From assembly GCF_009914755.1 (NCBI RefSeq), contig NC_060928.1: a stretch of DNA of 64,000 nt. One strand, given 5' to 3'. Below the pieces are notes generated by a model. The model ran no database searches. It was given only the letters and a program-made list of their open reading frames with translations, and was not told the origin of the DNA. This document shows, piece after piece, positions 29,044 to 40,221 of this stretch. Source of the stretch: the human T2T-CHM13v2.0 reference genome, Homo sapiens. Positions within the stretch are counted from its first letter, which is position 1. Each line of letters begins with the position of its first letter. The position numbers and the translations under genes are program-made.

Positions 29044-29248
29044 GATGACACACGCATAAGCATCATAAATCTAGCAAAAGTGTGGAAGGACTTAATGCAG
29101 AAAACTATAAAATGTTATTGAAAGAAATCAAAACAACCTCAGTAAATGAGAAGATATACCCTGAACATGAACAAAAGGCTCAATATCATAAAGTTGCCAA
29201 ATCTCACTAATAGATTGAATACAATCCTAATAAAAATTCCAATGTTAA

Positions 29249-29251
<3 letters not shown>

Positions 29252-29284
<33 letters not shown>
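29252..29284. repeat. (TG)n microsatellite
   Basis: About 16 TG units. Confidence 0.95.
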
Positions 29285-29286
<2 letters not shown>

Positions 29287-30697
29287 CTTGACAAACCAAT
29301 ACTAAAAAATGTCTACGAAAATGTAGAAATGTAAAGGCTATGCCTAGCCAAGACATTCTTAAAGAAAAAAATGAGTGAAAGAACTTGCCCCACTGAATAT
29401 TAGGTTTTATTATAAAAGTACAATTATTAAGAAATTAGGTGCTGGCATAAGAAAAGAAAAAAAGCTGAAAGTGATATAACTGCCTCTCAGTTCCTCCATC
29501 CTCCTCTCCTATGATGACTATATCTTCCTAGCTCAGTCATTCTCTCCCACTGTCCTGCTTACAGTCTATATACCTTGTCATAGCCAGTACTAAGCATCAC
29601 ACTCTTGGACCACCATGCCTATATTTCCTCTAGTGCTCTCACTCCAACAGTTCCTTATTTCACCAAGATCTAAAATTCATGAATCAAATACATCTTGTAC
29701 TGCCCCTCACCTTCCTGTCCTCACTTCCCTACTTGCCCTTCTTAAATTCAGTAGCCCATCATTATAGCCCTCACTCACTTATAGCCTCTCTCTTATACTT
29801 CTCTCCCATTCCTCTCTCACTTCATCACATGTAATTGGCAAGATCTCAAACTCCAGAAAAACTGATAATAGCCATAATTTTGCCTATGCCATGTCTGTTC
29901 CCAGGCACTTAATGTAAGCTGGAGAAACATAAAACAATGCTGACTCCCTTCACTATAAGTTATCTAATAGAAATGGTAAAACAAGACTTGCAGGTGACAG
30001 GTTAGGACACAGTAAGCAAGTAATTTGCCCTTAGTGCAGACCAATTATCCTTCTATGTTTTACTAGTTCGCTAAATTTTGAAGCCTCTTAAAAAACTATC
30101 TCCCTCCTCTAATCTCCAATATCTTTTCCCCCATCCTCACTCTTAGATGCAGAATGTATTTCCATTTCAGAAAATAACAAAAGAATTTCCAGTGGTGCCC
30201 ACACTGCATTTATTCACAAACCAGCATCTGCACCCACATAGTCTGCCTTCCCACCAATTACTTCAGATGGATTGTACCTGCTCCTGTCTAAAGGCAATCC
30301 CTCTTGTGCACTAAATCCCATTGTCTCTCACCTACACAAACACATCAGTTAAGTTATTCTCTCATCTGTCTTCCATTATTAATTTTCCACTTTGCAGTGT
30401 GACATTCCCATCAGTGTACAAACAAAAACTGCTATAATTTCCACCATCTGCAAAACATGAAAAAACCCTCTCCTTGACCTCATATCCCCTTCCGGTTATC
30501 CTCCATGTGTCTGCTCCTTTTTGTTGCAAAGCTCCTTTAAAATTTTCCTATACTTACTACCTCCAACTTATTCTCATTTTTTCTTAAGCTCTCTGTAATA
30601 TAATAAGGCTTTCACTCTCCATCACCATTTCACTTAAAACTCCTCTTATCAAGGACACCAATGAACGCCTCTTTGACCAAATCACTGGTCAACTCAT

Positions 30698-30799
30698 TGA
30701 GGGAAGTTTTCCAAGGGAGCATGGCTGAGCAGTCCGGGAGTTGACTGGTCAGCCATGGAGTTGACCGGTCAGCCATGCTCCCTTGGAAAACGTCCCTCA
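30698..30799. repeat. 31-bp inverted repeat (1 mismatch) enclosing a 2 x 20-bp direct repeat
   Basis: TGAGGGAAGTTTTCCAAGGGAGCATGGCTGA (30698-30728) vs TCAGCCATGCTCCCTTGGAAAACGTCCCTCA (30769-30799); GGAGTTGAC(T/C)GGTCAGCCAT at 30737 and 30757. Confidence 0.95.
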
Positions 30800-31514
30800 T
30801 TTAATTTCTAAATAATACACGGTCTTGATTTTCCTCCAGCTTCACTGGCCATTTCCTATCTTCTTTGCTGCCTCATGCGCACTTCCCAAGTCTAAATAGA
30901 CTCTCTTAGGATGCAATCTTTATCCATGCTCACTTTCTAGATTTTATTTAGATTTATCCACATGATTGTCTAAAAGACTACTTAAACTTAACACATTCAA
31001 GGCAGAACTTCCTTTTAACCTGCCCCTCCCACTCCCTGCCCCATTTCAATAAGGAACACTTCTTCCATCCTGCCAATTCCTCAGACCAAAAACCTTGGAG
31101 CCATTTTTGAATGTTCTCTTTTTCTCATATGCCATGTCCAATGAATCAGCAAATCTTATTAGATCTTTCTTCAACATATATCCAGTTATCACCACCCCAA
31201 CCACTCCCCACCCTGCTCAGAGCCATCACAATCGTTTCCCCAGATTATTATAATGCCATGGACTCCTAGCCAGTTTTCTGTCCCTTAGGCAATTTATTCT
31301 CAACTCAGAAACCAGAGTGACCCTTCCAAAACTATGATCAAGCTCTTATCACTCTCTACTCAAGCCCCTCAATGGCTTTATCCCTCTCAGGGAAAAACTC
31401 TCATGCCTTACCATGGCCTATGAGGTTCTATGTCATCTGCATCACTGTGACCTCTCTGTCCTCATCTATCACCACTGTCCTCTCTCTCTCTCTCAGCCAT
31501 ATCATACTTGCCTC

Positions 31515-31652
31515 TTTTCTTTTCTTTTCGTTTTTAGAAGTGAAGTTTCACTACGTTGCCCAGGCTAGCCTCGAACTCCTGGACTCAAGCAATCCTCCTG
31601 CCTCAGCCTCCTGAGTAGCTTGGACTACAAGCATACAACATCACACCCAGCT
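31515..31652 (-). mobile_element. FLAM-type Alu monomer
   Basis: TTTCACTACGTTGCCCAGGCTAGCCTCGAACTCCTGGACTCAAGCAATCCTCCTGCCTCAGCCTCC. Confidence 0.85.
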
Positions 31653-33709
31653 CTGACCCCTTTTCTATCCACCAAGCATAATATTCACTTGCTTCTTCCT
31701 TTACCTAGAAACCTCTTTCACCAGAAATTACGATGTCTAACTCTCGCACTTCCTTCAGATATTTAATCAGTGGCTTAATTAATGAGGAATTCCAGGACCA
31801 CTCTATTTAAAATGACTTCCTCTTCCTTTCTTCCACTTCCTTGGAGATAAGAGTTTTATAGAACTTATCACTATATGAATATGAATATAGATAAAATACA
31901 TAGAGATCATTATGTCTATTTGTACATATATAGATGTACATACATATACAATGCACATCAATACATATACATAAAATTTTTTATATTTACTACCTATTTC
32001 TGCACTCTAGAATGTAAACTACGTGAATACATGATGTTTTGTATATTTTGCTCATTATTCTATTCCCGGCATCTACAACTGTGGCTGGCAAATATCTGGG
32101 GTTCAAAAATTATCAGTTGAATAAGTTAATATACACATTCATATTTTTAACAGATGTAAAGTCTTTAGCATTTAAAGACTGACTCTGCTTTATCTAGGCA
32201 TTCCAACAAAGCCTCCTCCTGCACTTTGATCCCTCACACTTAGATTTAAAAAGAAAACATTTTTATATTATTTTCTACAGTTGGTGGTTTAATGAATGTC
32301 CTCTGTGCAGTTGGTTCATTTTAAAGCCACATTATTTCCCTGTCTAATCATTGGCAGTGGCAGGAAGTAGAATTAATCTAATCTTTCAGAAGGATTCCCC
32401 TGAAGCCTGAAGCACTATTGCATTAGACAGCAGAGGTTTTTCCTTACTAGGACAGATTTTCATGTCCTAGTGTATATTTAGACACTGAATCCCTTTAAAA
32501 CTAATGGGAGGTCTGTGGGCCAAACACACTTACAGGAAATGAAAGGAAATGGCACAGTAAAAGCAAGCTGTGAAGAAAGATCTTCACGCTTGCTGTTACC
32601 TAATCTGTCACATGAAAGATTTATTTTAAAATTTCTATTAGATAAAATGAACAGAAAAATACCATGTACAGTATTCTTTCAGTATTCCTGCTCTTGTTTC
32701 CACAAGTGCCTCCTCTTCATGTGAGTCATGTATTGAGGTAAAGAAAAAAGAGTAGAATAGGATATTTTACTTATCTCAAATCAGAAATGTCATCCTATAT
32801 TTGAAGAATAATTGCAAAACAACCAAAATGAAAAAAGCAATGCAATTTTGGAAAAGTTGAAGCTATAAATTGTCAGTAAATAACTAAGTTATTTCTATTT
32901 TCAATGAAAAATAACATTTGGTCAAATAGGCTGTAGTTTGGTTTATTTTGCTGTTGTTATTGCTATGCTTTGTTTTTTAAGAGACCTAAAGATTAGTTCT
33001 AATATTGGGTACTTTCTTAGCTTCAAAATATATTAATATTTAGTTGTGCATCTACTACTTTATATTGCTGCCATATTCACGCTTTTATTATTCTCTATTC
33101 TTTAACATATTCTTACCTATATAGGAGTTTACCAAAAGAAGTAAACTTCTTCACTTTTTTCTCCAGCCTTTCTGACTAATACTGTCTGTTGCAAACTTCC
33201 TTTGCTTTTCTAAGATAATATTCCAGGCATATCCCAAGCCTTTTTGGTCTCTTTCAGTGACAAGAACAATTTCATTTAAGTAATTGTAATTCACTCTCAG
33301 ATGCTAAAAAAAAAAAAAAAAATCCAGACTAAATCAGAAGTTCAATCTAACTTCCATTCCAAATCTTCACTCCTCCGCAGAACTGAAACTTGATCTTTGG
33401 ATGTGATAGCTGCAATAATGAAGTAGTCTTAGTCTGTTTCTCACCTTCCTTTCTCCATCTACATTACCTCTGCTACTCGTTCTCCCAGGGTCAAGATAGC
33501 AAACAGGGGAGATTAGGAAAATAAGGATATCTTATATGACAGATATTTTATAATTTGCCATAGCACATGCCCAAAGGCAGATGCCCAAATGTTAGTTCTC
33601 TCATAGGGCACATTGTATACTCTTTGGTGGTTCCCCTTTGCCCTCTACTTGTCCTGCCATTGCAGGTTGTTCCAGCCAGCTTCATGGCTTGAGAATTCTC
33701 CATACTAGG

Positions 33710-34000
33710 GGCTGGGCAGGGTGGTTCACACCTGTAGCTCACACTAGCACTTTCAGAGGCAGAGGTGGATGGATCACTTGAGTCCAGGAGTTCAAGACCA
33801 GCCAGGCCAACATGGTGAATGAAGCCTCATCTCTACTAAAAATACAAAAATTAGCCTGGCATGGTGGCATGTACCTGTAATCCCAGCTACTCCAGGGGTT
33901 AAGAAACAAAAAAAACACTTGAACCCAGGAGACAGAGGTCGCAGTGAGCCGAGATTGCGCCACTGCACTCCAGCCTCGGTGGCAGAGCAAGACTCTATCT

Positions 34001-34033
<33 letters not shown>
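33710..34033 (+). mobile_element. Old Alu (Jb/Sz-like) with long polyA
   Basis: GGATCACTTGAGTCCAGGAGTTCAAG; perfect 15-bp TSD AATTCTCCATACTAG at 33694-33708 and 34034-34048. Confidence 0.95.
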
Positions 34034-34037
<4 letters not shown>

Positions 34038-34661
34038 CTCCATACTAGAAACAGGCAGGAAGCAGGCATCAGTTTCTTTGTTTATGTATGTCTCTGCTCT
34101 ACTGGGTTTATCAAGGCCTCTGAAGAATTTTCCCACCAAACCCCATCTGGTGAGATTAGGCAAGAGTTAAACATTTCTGTAGCTACATAATCATCCAGTC
34201 AGAAAACAAGATTCCAGTCTCTTCTACTTTCCTGGCATCTCCAGATTTTAAAACTTAAATTCTTGGAGACTCATCAAATGACTTGAGATGAGTGCTGGCA
34301 TCTCAGTCTCTATTCCCTTGGTTGGGGAGAATTTCCATGGTACTCCTAATTACAACAGAGACACACCTATTATAACTATTCTCTCTCCAATCACACTTTA
34401 AAGTGCCTGTTCTTATATAAAATATAAGTTGGTAGCTGGATTAATAGTTTCTAGAGAGATTCTGCTATCTCTCAGTAATTTGGTCATGAATATGTTTACC
34501 ATCTTTCTTTATAATATATGTGTACTTACCACCTACCATTCTCAGGTTTATGACTCAGTTCACATTCTAAGACATTAGAAAAAAGTTACAGTCTACATCC
34601 TATGTCACCTATCTTACCATTGCAGAATCTTTGTCATTCTGCACTATAGTCAAAAGCATTG

Positions 34662-35148
34662 TGTAGTAGACTGAAAAAGAGTCATCAAAGACATCCATAG
34701 CCTAATCTTCAGAAACCATGAATATGTTACCTTAAATGACAAAAGGGACTTTGCAAATGTGGATTGAGGACCCTGAGATGGGAAGCTTATCTTGCATTAT
34801 CTGGTGAGTCTTAAATGTAATCACAAATGTCATTATAAGAGAGAGGCAGGGGTGAATATTAGATTTTAGAAGTAGGAGATGTGAAAACAGAAGCAAGAGA
34901 TTAGAGGAGTTCAAGGAAGGGGCCCTGAGCCAAGAAATGCAGGAGCCCATCAGAACCTAGAAAATGCAAGAAAAGGCATCTCCCCTAGAGCCTCCAGAAG
35001 GAGCTAGCCTGGCCAACATCTTGACTTTAGCCCAGTGAAACTGATTTCAGACTTCTGGACTCCAGAACCATGAAAGAATAAATTTTTGTTCTTTTAACAC
35101 ACCAAGTTGTGATAAGTTGTTCTAGCAACCACAGCAAATGAATAAACA
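34662..35148 (+). mobile_element. MLT1C/D-type MaLR solo LTR
   Basis: GAATATGTTACCTTAAATGACAAAAGGGACTTTGCA..CCTAGAGCCTCCAGAAGGA..GACTTCTGGACTCCAGAAC..AATAAA. Confidence 0.85.
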
Positions 35149-35716
35149 TTATCTCATTTAGGATGCATTTAGCTGAAAATAATAAAAATCCTGGACTCAA
35201 ATCAACTGAAGCAATAAGAAAACGTCTCTTTTCACGTATCAAGAAGTGTGGAGTTAAGGCTGGTTTAGGTGTGGTACAATGAAGAGTCTAGTTTCTTTCC
35301 AATTCTCTGTGTTATGCCCACTCTGTGTGCAATTTTATTCCTGAGCTTGCTTGTGTAAGGCTCATCAGATGACTACCAGCAACAGTAGGACAATATATTA
35401 TGTCATTCATTGAAAAAAAGAAAAACTATCATTTTAGTCATGGTCCTGCTTTTTAATCTCATTTGGCCAGATTAGGACCTTTACTCACTCCTGGACCAAT
35501 CACAATCCAAGAATCCTATGCTCTAATTGACTTGAGCAAGTGTTGCTGAACCAATTTCAAACAAGGGTGAAATTAGCATAATTGTCATTGCCTAATCAGG
35601 ACCCACTCCTGAAGCTGAGGAATACCTGGGCAAAATTGGCAATAGGGAGATGGCAAAGGATAAGGAGACCATATATCTAATTTATCATTCAACTGGAACA
35701 CGACTAAGAATGAAAG

Positions 35717-36233
35717 AAGTCATTATATGAAAAAGATACTTGCTCACGCATGTTTATAGCAGCACAATTCACAATCGCAAAAAATGTAGAACCAACCAAA
35801 ATGCCCATCGATCAAAAAGTGGATAAAGAAACTGTGGTATCAATACATACGATGGAATACTGCTCAGCCATAAAAAGGAATGAATTAATAGCATTTGCAG
35901 CAACTTAGATGGGATTAGAGACGATTATTCTAAGTTAAGTAACTCAGGAATGGAAAACCAAACATCGCATGTTCTCACTCATAAGTGGGAGCTAAGATAT
36001 GAGGATGCAAAGGCATAAGAATGACACAGTGGACTTTGGGGACTCAGGGGGAAGAGTGGGAGGGGGTAAGGGATAAAAGACTACAAATTAGGTTCAGTGT
36101 ATACTGTTGGGATGATGGGTGCACCACAGTCTCACAAATCACCACTAAAGAACTTACTCATGTAACCAAATACCACCTGTTCCCCAAAATCCTATGAAAA
36201 TAAAAAAATTTTAAAAATAAAAATTAAAAAAAA
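35717..36233 (+). mobile_element. L1PB1-like 3' end, inserted in a MER94-like MITE (35661-36315)
   Basis: GAGGATGCAAAGGCATAAGAATGACACAGTGGACTTTGGGGACTC..CACCACTAAAGAACTTACTCATGTAACCAAATACCACCTGTTCCCCAAAA then A-tail. Confidence 0.9.
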
Positions 36234-36401
36234 GGTGCCCTATTAAGAATTCCACCAATATAATAGATATAAACAGGTACTGTCCCACTCACCTTGGGAC
36301 TTATGCTCATCCTATTGGTAGGAGGCCAATAGTGTCACCCACAAGCATTTTGATTAGAGCTGACTAGAACACTAGTCACCAGTTCCTAAGAAGAAAGGAT
36401 T

Positions 36402-36714
36402 GGCTGGGTGTCGTGGCTCACACCTGTAATATCAACACTCTGGGAGGTGGAGGTGGGCAGATCATGAGGTCAGGAGATCGAGACCATCCTGGCTAACACA
36501 GTGAAACCCTGTCTGTACTAAAAATACAAAAAATTAGCTGGGCATGGTGGCATGTGCCTGTAGTCCCAGCTATTTGGTAGGCTGAGGCAGGAGAATTGCT
36601 TGAACCCAGGAGGCGAGCTTGCAGTGAGCAGAGATCATGCCACTTCCTGCCACTGCACTCCAGCCTGGGCGACAGAGTGGGATTCCATCTCAAAAAAAAA
36701 AAAAAAAAAAAAAA
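36402..36714 (+). mobile_element. AluSc/AluY-like SINE
   Basis: GAGATCGAGACCATCCTGGCTAACAC..GAGCTTGCAGTGAG..polyA. Confidence 0.95.
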
Positions 36715-36887
36715 GACTGCAAAAATGAGGAAACACTTAATCTGCAAGGGTAGAGGACTTGACAAAAGTCATCTAATTGGAAAGTGGAAAAACAAATACC
36801 TAAATAACCAAGCCTTTTTAACCTAATTTTACTTTTCTTTCCATATACCACTCATGTAATGTTAAGTCCAATACAGAGGTCAACCTC

Positions 36888-37308
36888 TAATTAGTTTGCT
36901 GGGGCTACAATAACCAAGTACCATAGATTGGGTGGCTTAAACAACGGAACTTTCTCTCACATTTCCAGAGGCTGGAAGTCTAAAATCAAGGTGTTCTCAG
37001 TGTTGGTTCTTTTTGAGGCCTGTGAGGGAGAATCTGCTCCAGGCCTCCCTCCTTGGCTTTAGACGGCCATCTTTTCTCCATATCTCTTCACATCGTCTTC
37101 CCTGCATGTGTCTCTGTCTACAAATTTCCCCTTTTTATGAAGACACCAGTCATATTGGATTAGGGCCTACCCTGATGACCTCACTTTAACTTGATTACCT
37201 CTGTAAAAACCCTTAATTCCAAATAAGTCCACATTATGAAATAGTGGGGCTTAGGATGTCAACATCTGATTTGGAAGAGGGGCTGGGGCACAATTAAATC
37301 CATTACAC
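36888..37308 (-). mobile_element. MLT1B/C-type MaLR solo LTR
   Basis: GGGTGGCTTAAACAAC..GAGGCTGGAAGTCTAAAATCAAGGTG..GACACCAGTCATATTGGATTAGGGCC. Confidence 0.85.
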
Positions 37309-37928
37309 ACCACCAAGGGAAATTCCTAATGAGGCAGCCAGACAGGGGAAAGGTCTGTTTATCAGGCCATATGAGGAACTGCTAAGGAAGCAGCAATGCT
37401 GTTTCTCAGGGAAAACTTGTGAGAGACAACTTTTGTCTAGTCTCAATTTCTTCAAAAGTCAAATTAGAATCAACTGATATAAATTACATGAAAATAAATT
37501 TTTATTCACTTCTATATCTATTTTCCTCTCTTACCAAGCACTTTCTGGCTATGCATTTGAGCCTTTCAGATGATTATTAAAAAAAGAAGGAGGAAGAAAT
37601 TATTATGGGGTGCAAAAATACTCAATAAAGGAACCAAGCTCAACATTAAAGACAAAAAGTATCACTGTCAGGGCTTTTATATTCACTATAGTGAGGGTCT
37701 CCTCCCCACCAATGACTTCAGAGAGGTCCCTCAGGCCTTTCCCTGCTGTCACAGTGTCCTAGGTGAGCAATAGCCCCGCTCTGTCGTTTCCGTGAAGGTT
37801 CATGAAAAAAACTCCAAGCTTAGGATTTCAATTTGCATTATAAAACAATCTATAATTAAACTTTGAGTTTCATTTTCAAAAACTCAGCAACATAGCCACA
37901 AGAGATATGCATGCATATACACACAACA

Positions 37929-37965
<37 letters not shown>
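37929..37965. repeat. (CA)n microsatellite
   Basis: About 17 CA units. Confidence 0.95.
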
Positions 37966-37966
<1 letters not shown>

Positions 37967-38941
37967 GTTTTCTAGCCCTAGTGAAGCTGTTAACTGCAGT
38001 AAGCCCTCAGAGGGCCAATTTTAGGTCAAAGGACCATAGCAGTTTGTGGGAAAGTGAGGGAGAATACCATTTATTTTCGTTCTAAGGACTCCATGATCAA
38101 TTAGTGAAGTCCAAATGTGTCTGAAAATCAGACTATTCTGGTAACTATTTTGGCTTCTTTGTGCTTTACAGTAACAATAACTCGATTGCCTCTGCTGATT
38201 AAATGCCACACTTAGTCCCTGCCACCTAGAACCCCATTGTCTCATTGAACAAGGGAGTTCATTCTGATGGCAGCAGTTACTACTGTCATTTTTGGCCTAT
38301 AGAGAATAGACCACGGAGCTCTTCCACGGTGATGCTGAGGGGTCCTTCATGAAAGGATTTCTCACAACCTTGGTAAAGTCAGTGTCCTCTGGACTGTCTG
38401 AACATAATTAGGGGATGGGTAAGTATGTCTTACATGATAAATTCACTCTAGCATTCCAATTTTTCTAAGCCTTTGAATACCTTTCTCTTCAGTATTCCAC
38501 AAAAGTTCTGATATTTTAACTTCATTTAGTGTAGGGTGTCTTGGATTCAGGTTTCAGTGAACCAATTATAATTTTTAAAAAACTGTTAAGAGTCACTCTC
38601 AGCTGCTCACATTAACACATCGAATCCAAATCTGTGCTCAGTGCATCAACATGAATGAAATCAGTCCTGACATAATTCCTGAAAATCTATTTTGACATAT
38701 ATTCTCCAAATTTCCATCATCATTACAAATTGGCAAAATTTTGCAATTCTTTTCATGTGTGTTTAACTGCTTATGGTTCACATGCTATGCCTCACCCCTG
38801 GGATCTTTTGAAACTTAAATCTGGGTATAGTTCTAGAAGTATAACAGATGTCAAGGAGAGGTCTTGAGGAGGATCAGCAATCTCCCACAAGGCAACTACC
38901 CCAGGGAAGGCTGTTACAAGTACTTCAAGAAAGAGGAGACT

Positions 38942-39228
38942 TGGTGCGATAACTCAGAAACAGAAAATCAAATACCACATGTTCTCACTTGCAAGTGGAA
39001 GCTAAACACTGGATACACATGGATATAGAGACTGGAATAATAGACACTGTGAGTACAAAGGGATGGTGGGGGAGAGGGCTAAAAACTATCTATTGGGTAC
39101 AATGTTCATTATTCGGGTGATGAGTACACTAAAAGCCCAGGCTTCACGGCTGTGCAATATATGCGTGTAAGAATCCTGCATTTGTACCAACTAAACATAT
39201 AAAAATAATTAAAAAGAAAAAAAAGAAA
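38942..39228 (+). mobile_element. 5'-truncated old L1 (L1PB/L1MA-type) 3' end
   Basis: CAAATACCACATGTTCTCACTT..CTATTGGGTACAATGTTCA..CACTAAAAGCCCAG; 15-bp TSD AAGAAAGAGGAGACT at 38927-38941 and 39699-39713. Confidence 0.85.
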
Positions 39229-39410
39229 GGGGACGGGCACGGTGGCTCATAATCCTGCATTTGTACCAACTAAATGTATAAAAATAATTAAAAAGAAAAA
39301 AAAAGAAAGGGGACGGGCACGGTGGCTCATAATCCTGCATTTGTACCAACTAAACGTATAAAAATAATTAAAAAGAAAAAAAAAGAAAGGGGACGGGCAC
39401 GGTGGCTCAT
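39172..39410. repeat. Tandem array of 3 x 79-80 bp (L1 tail plus first 20 nt of Alu)
   Basis: Units 39172-39250, 39251-39330, 39331-39410: AATCCTGCATTTGTACCAACTAAA..AAAGAAAGGGGACGGGCACGGTGGCTCAT. Confidence 0.97.
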
Positions 39411-39698
39411 GCCTGTAATCCCAACACTTTGGGAGGCCGAGGCGGGCAGATTACTTGAGGTCAGGAGTTCGAGACCAGCCTGGCCAACATGGTGAAACCC
39501 CATCTCTACAAAAAATACCAAAATTAGCTGGGTATGGTGGCATATGCCTATAATCCCAGCTACTCAGGCGGCTGAGGCAGGAGAGTCTTTTGAACTCAGG
39601 AGGCAGAGGTTGCCGTGAGCCGAGATCGCACCACTGTACTCCAGCGTGGGTGACAGAGCAAGACTCCATCTCAAAAAAAAAAACAAGAAAGAAAAGAA
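39391..39698 (+). mobile_element. AluSx/Sz SINE
   Basis: GATTACTTGAGGTCAGGAGTTCGAGACCAGCCTGGCCAAC; A/G-rich tail. Confidence 0.95.
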
Positions 39699-39891
39699 AA
39701 GAAAGAGGAGACTAATCTCTTCAGACAGGGGAAGAAGGGCTGCTTCTACTAACAAAGCAGCTTGATGGAATATATGGGTTCAAGGTCTTCAGCTTCCTCA
39801 GAATCTACTGATGTCTTTATCCCATTTTTCAGGATCACACTCCTTCCCAAACAATGCTCTAACTTTTACATAAAAGAGCTTTCAAGTTTAA

Positions 39892-40221
<330 letters not shown>

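Larger units (their letters stand above)
29480..32125 (+). mobile_element. L2 LINE remnant (interrupted)
   Basis: C/T-rich L2 motifs: TGTGCACTAAATCCCAT, CAAAAACCTTGGAGCCAT, CTAGAATGTAAACTAC, and a TGAATAA 3' end. Confidence 0.8.

Noticed and set aside
39172-39410. CRISPR-like appearance of the 80-bp repeats
   Set aside because: Contiguous units without unique spacers, made of L1 and Alu sequence, in a primate genome with no cas genes
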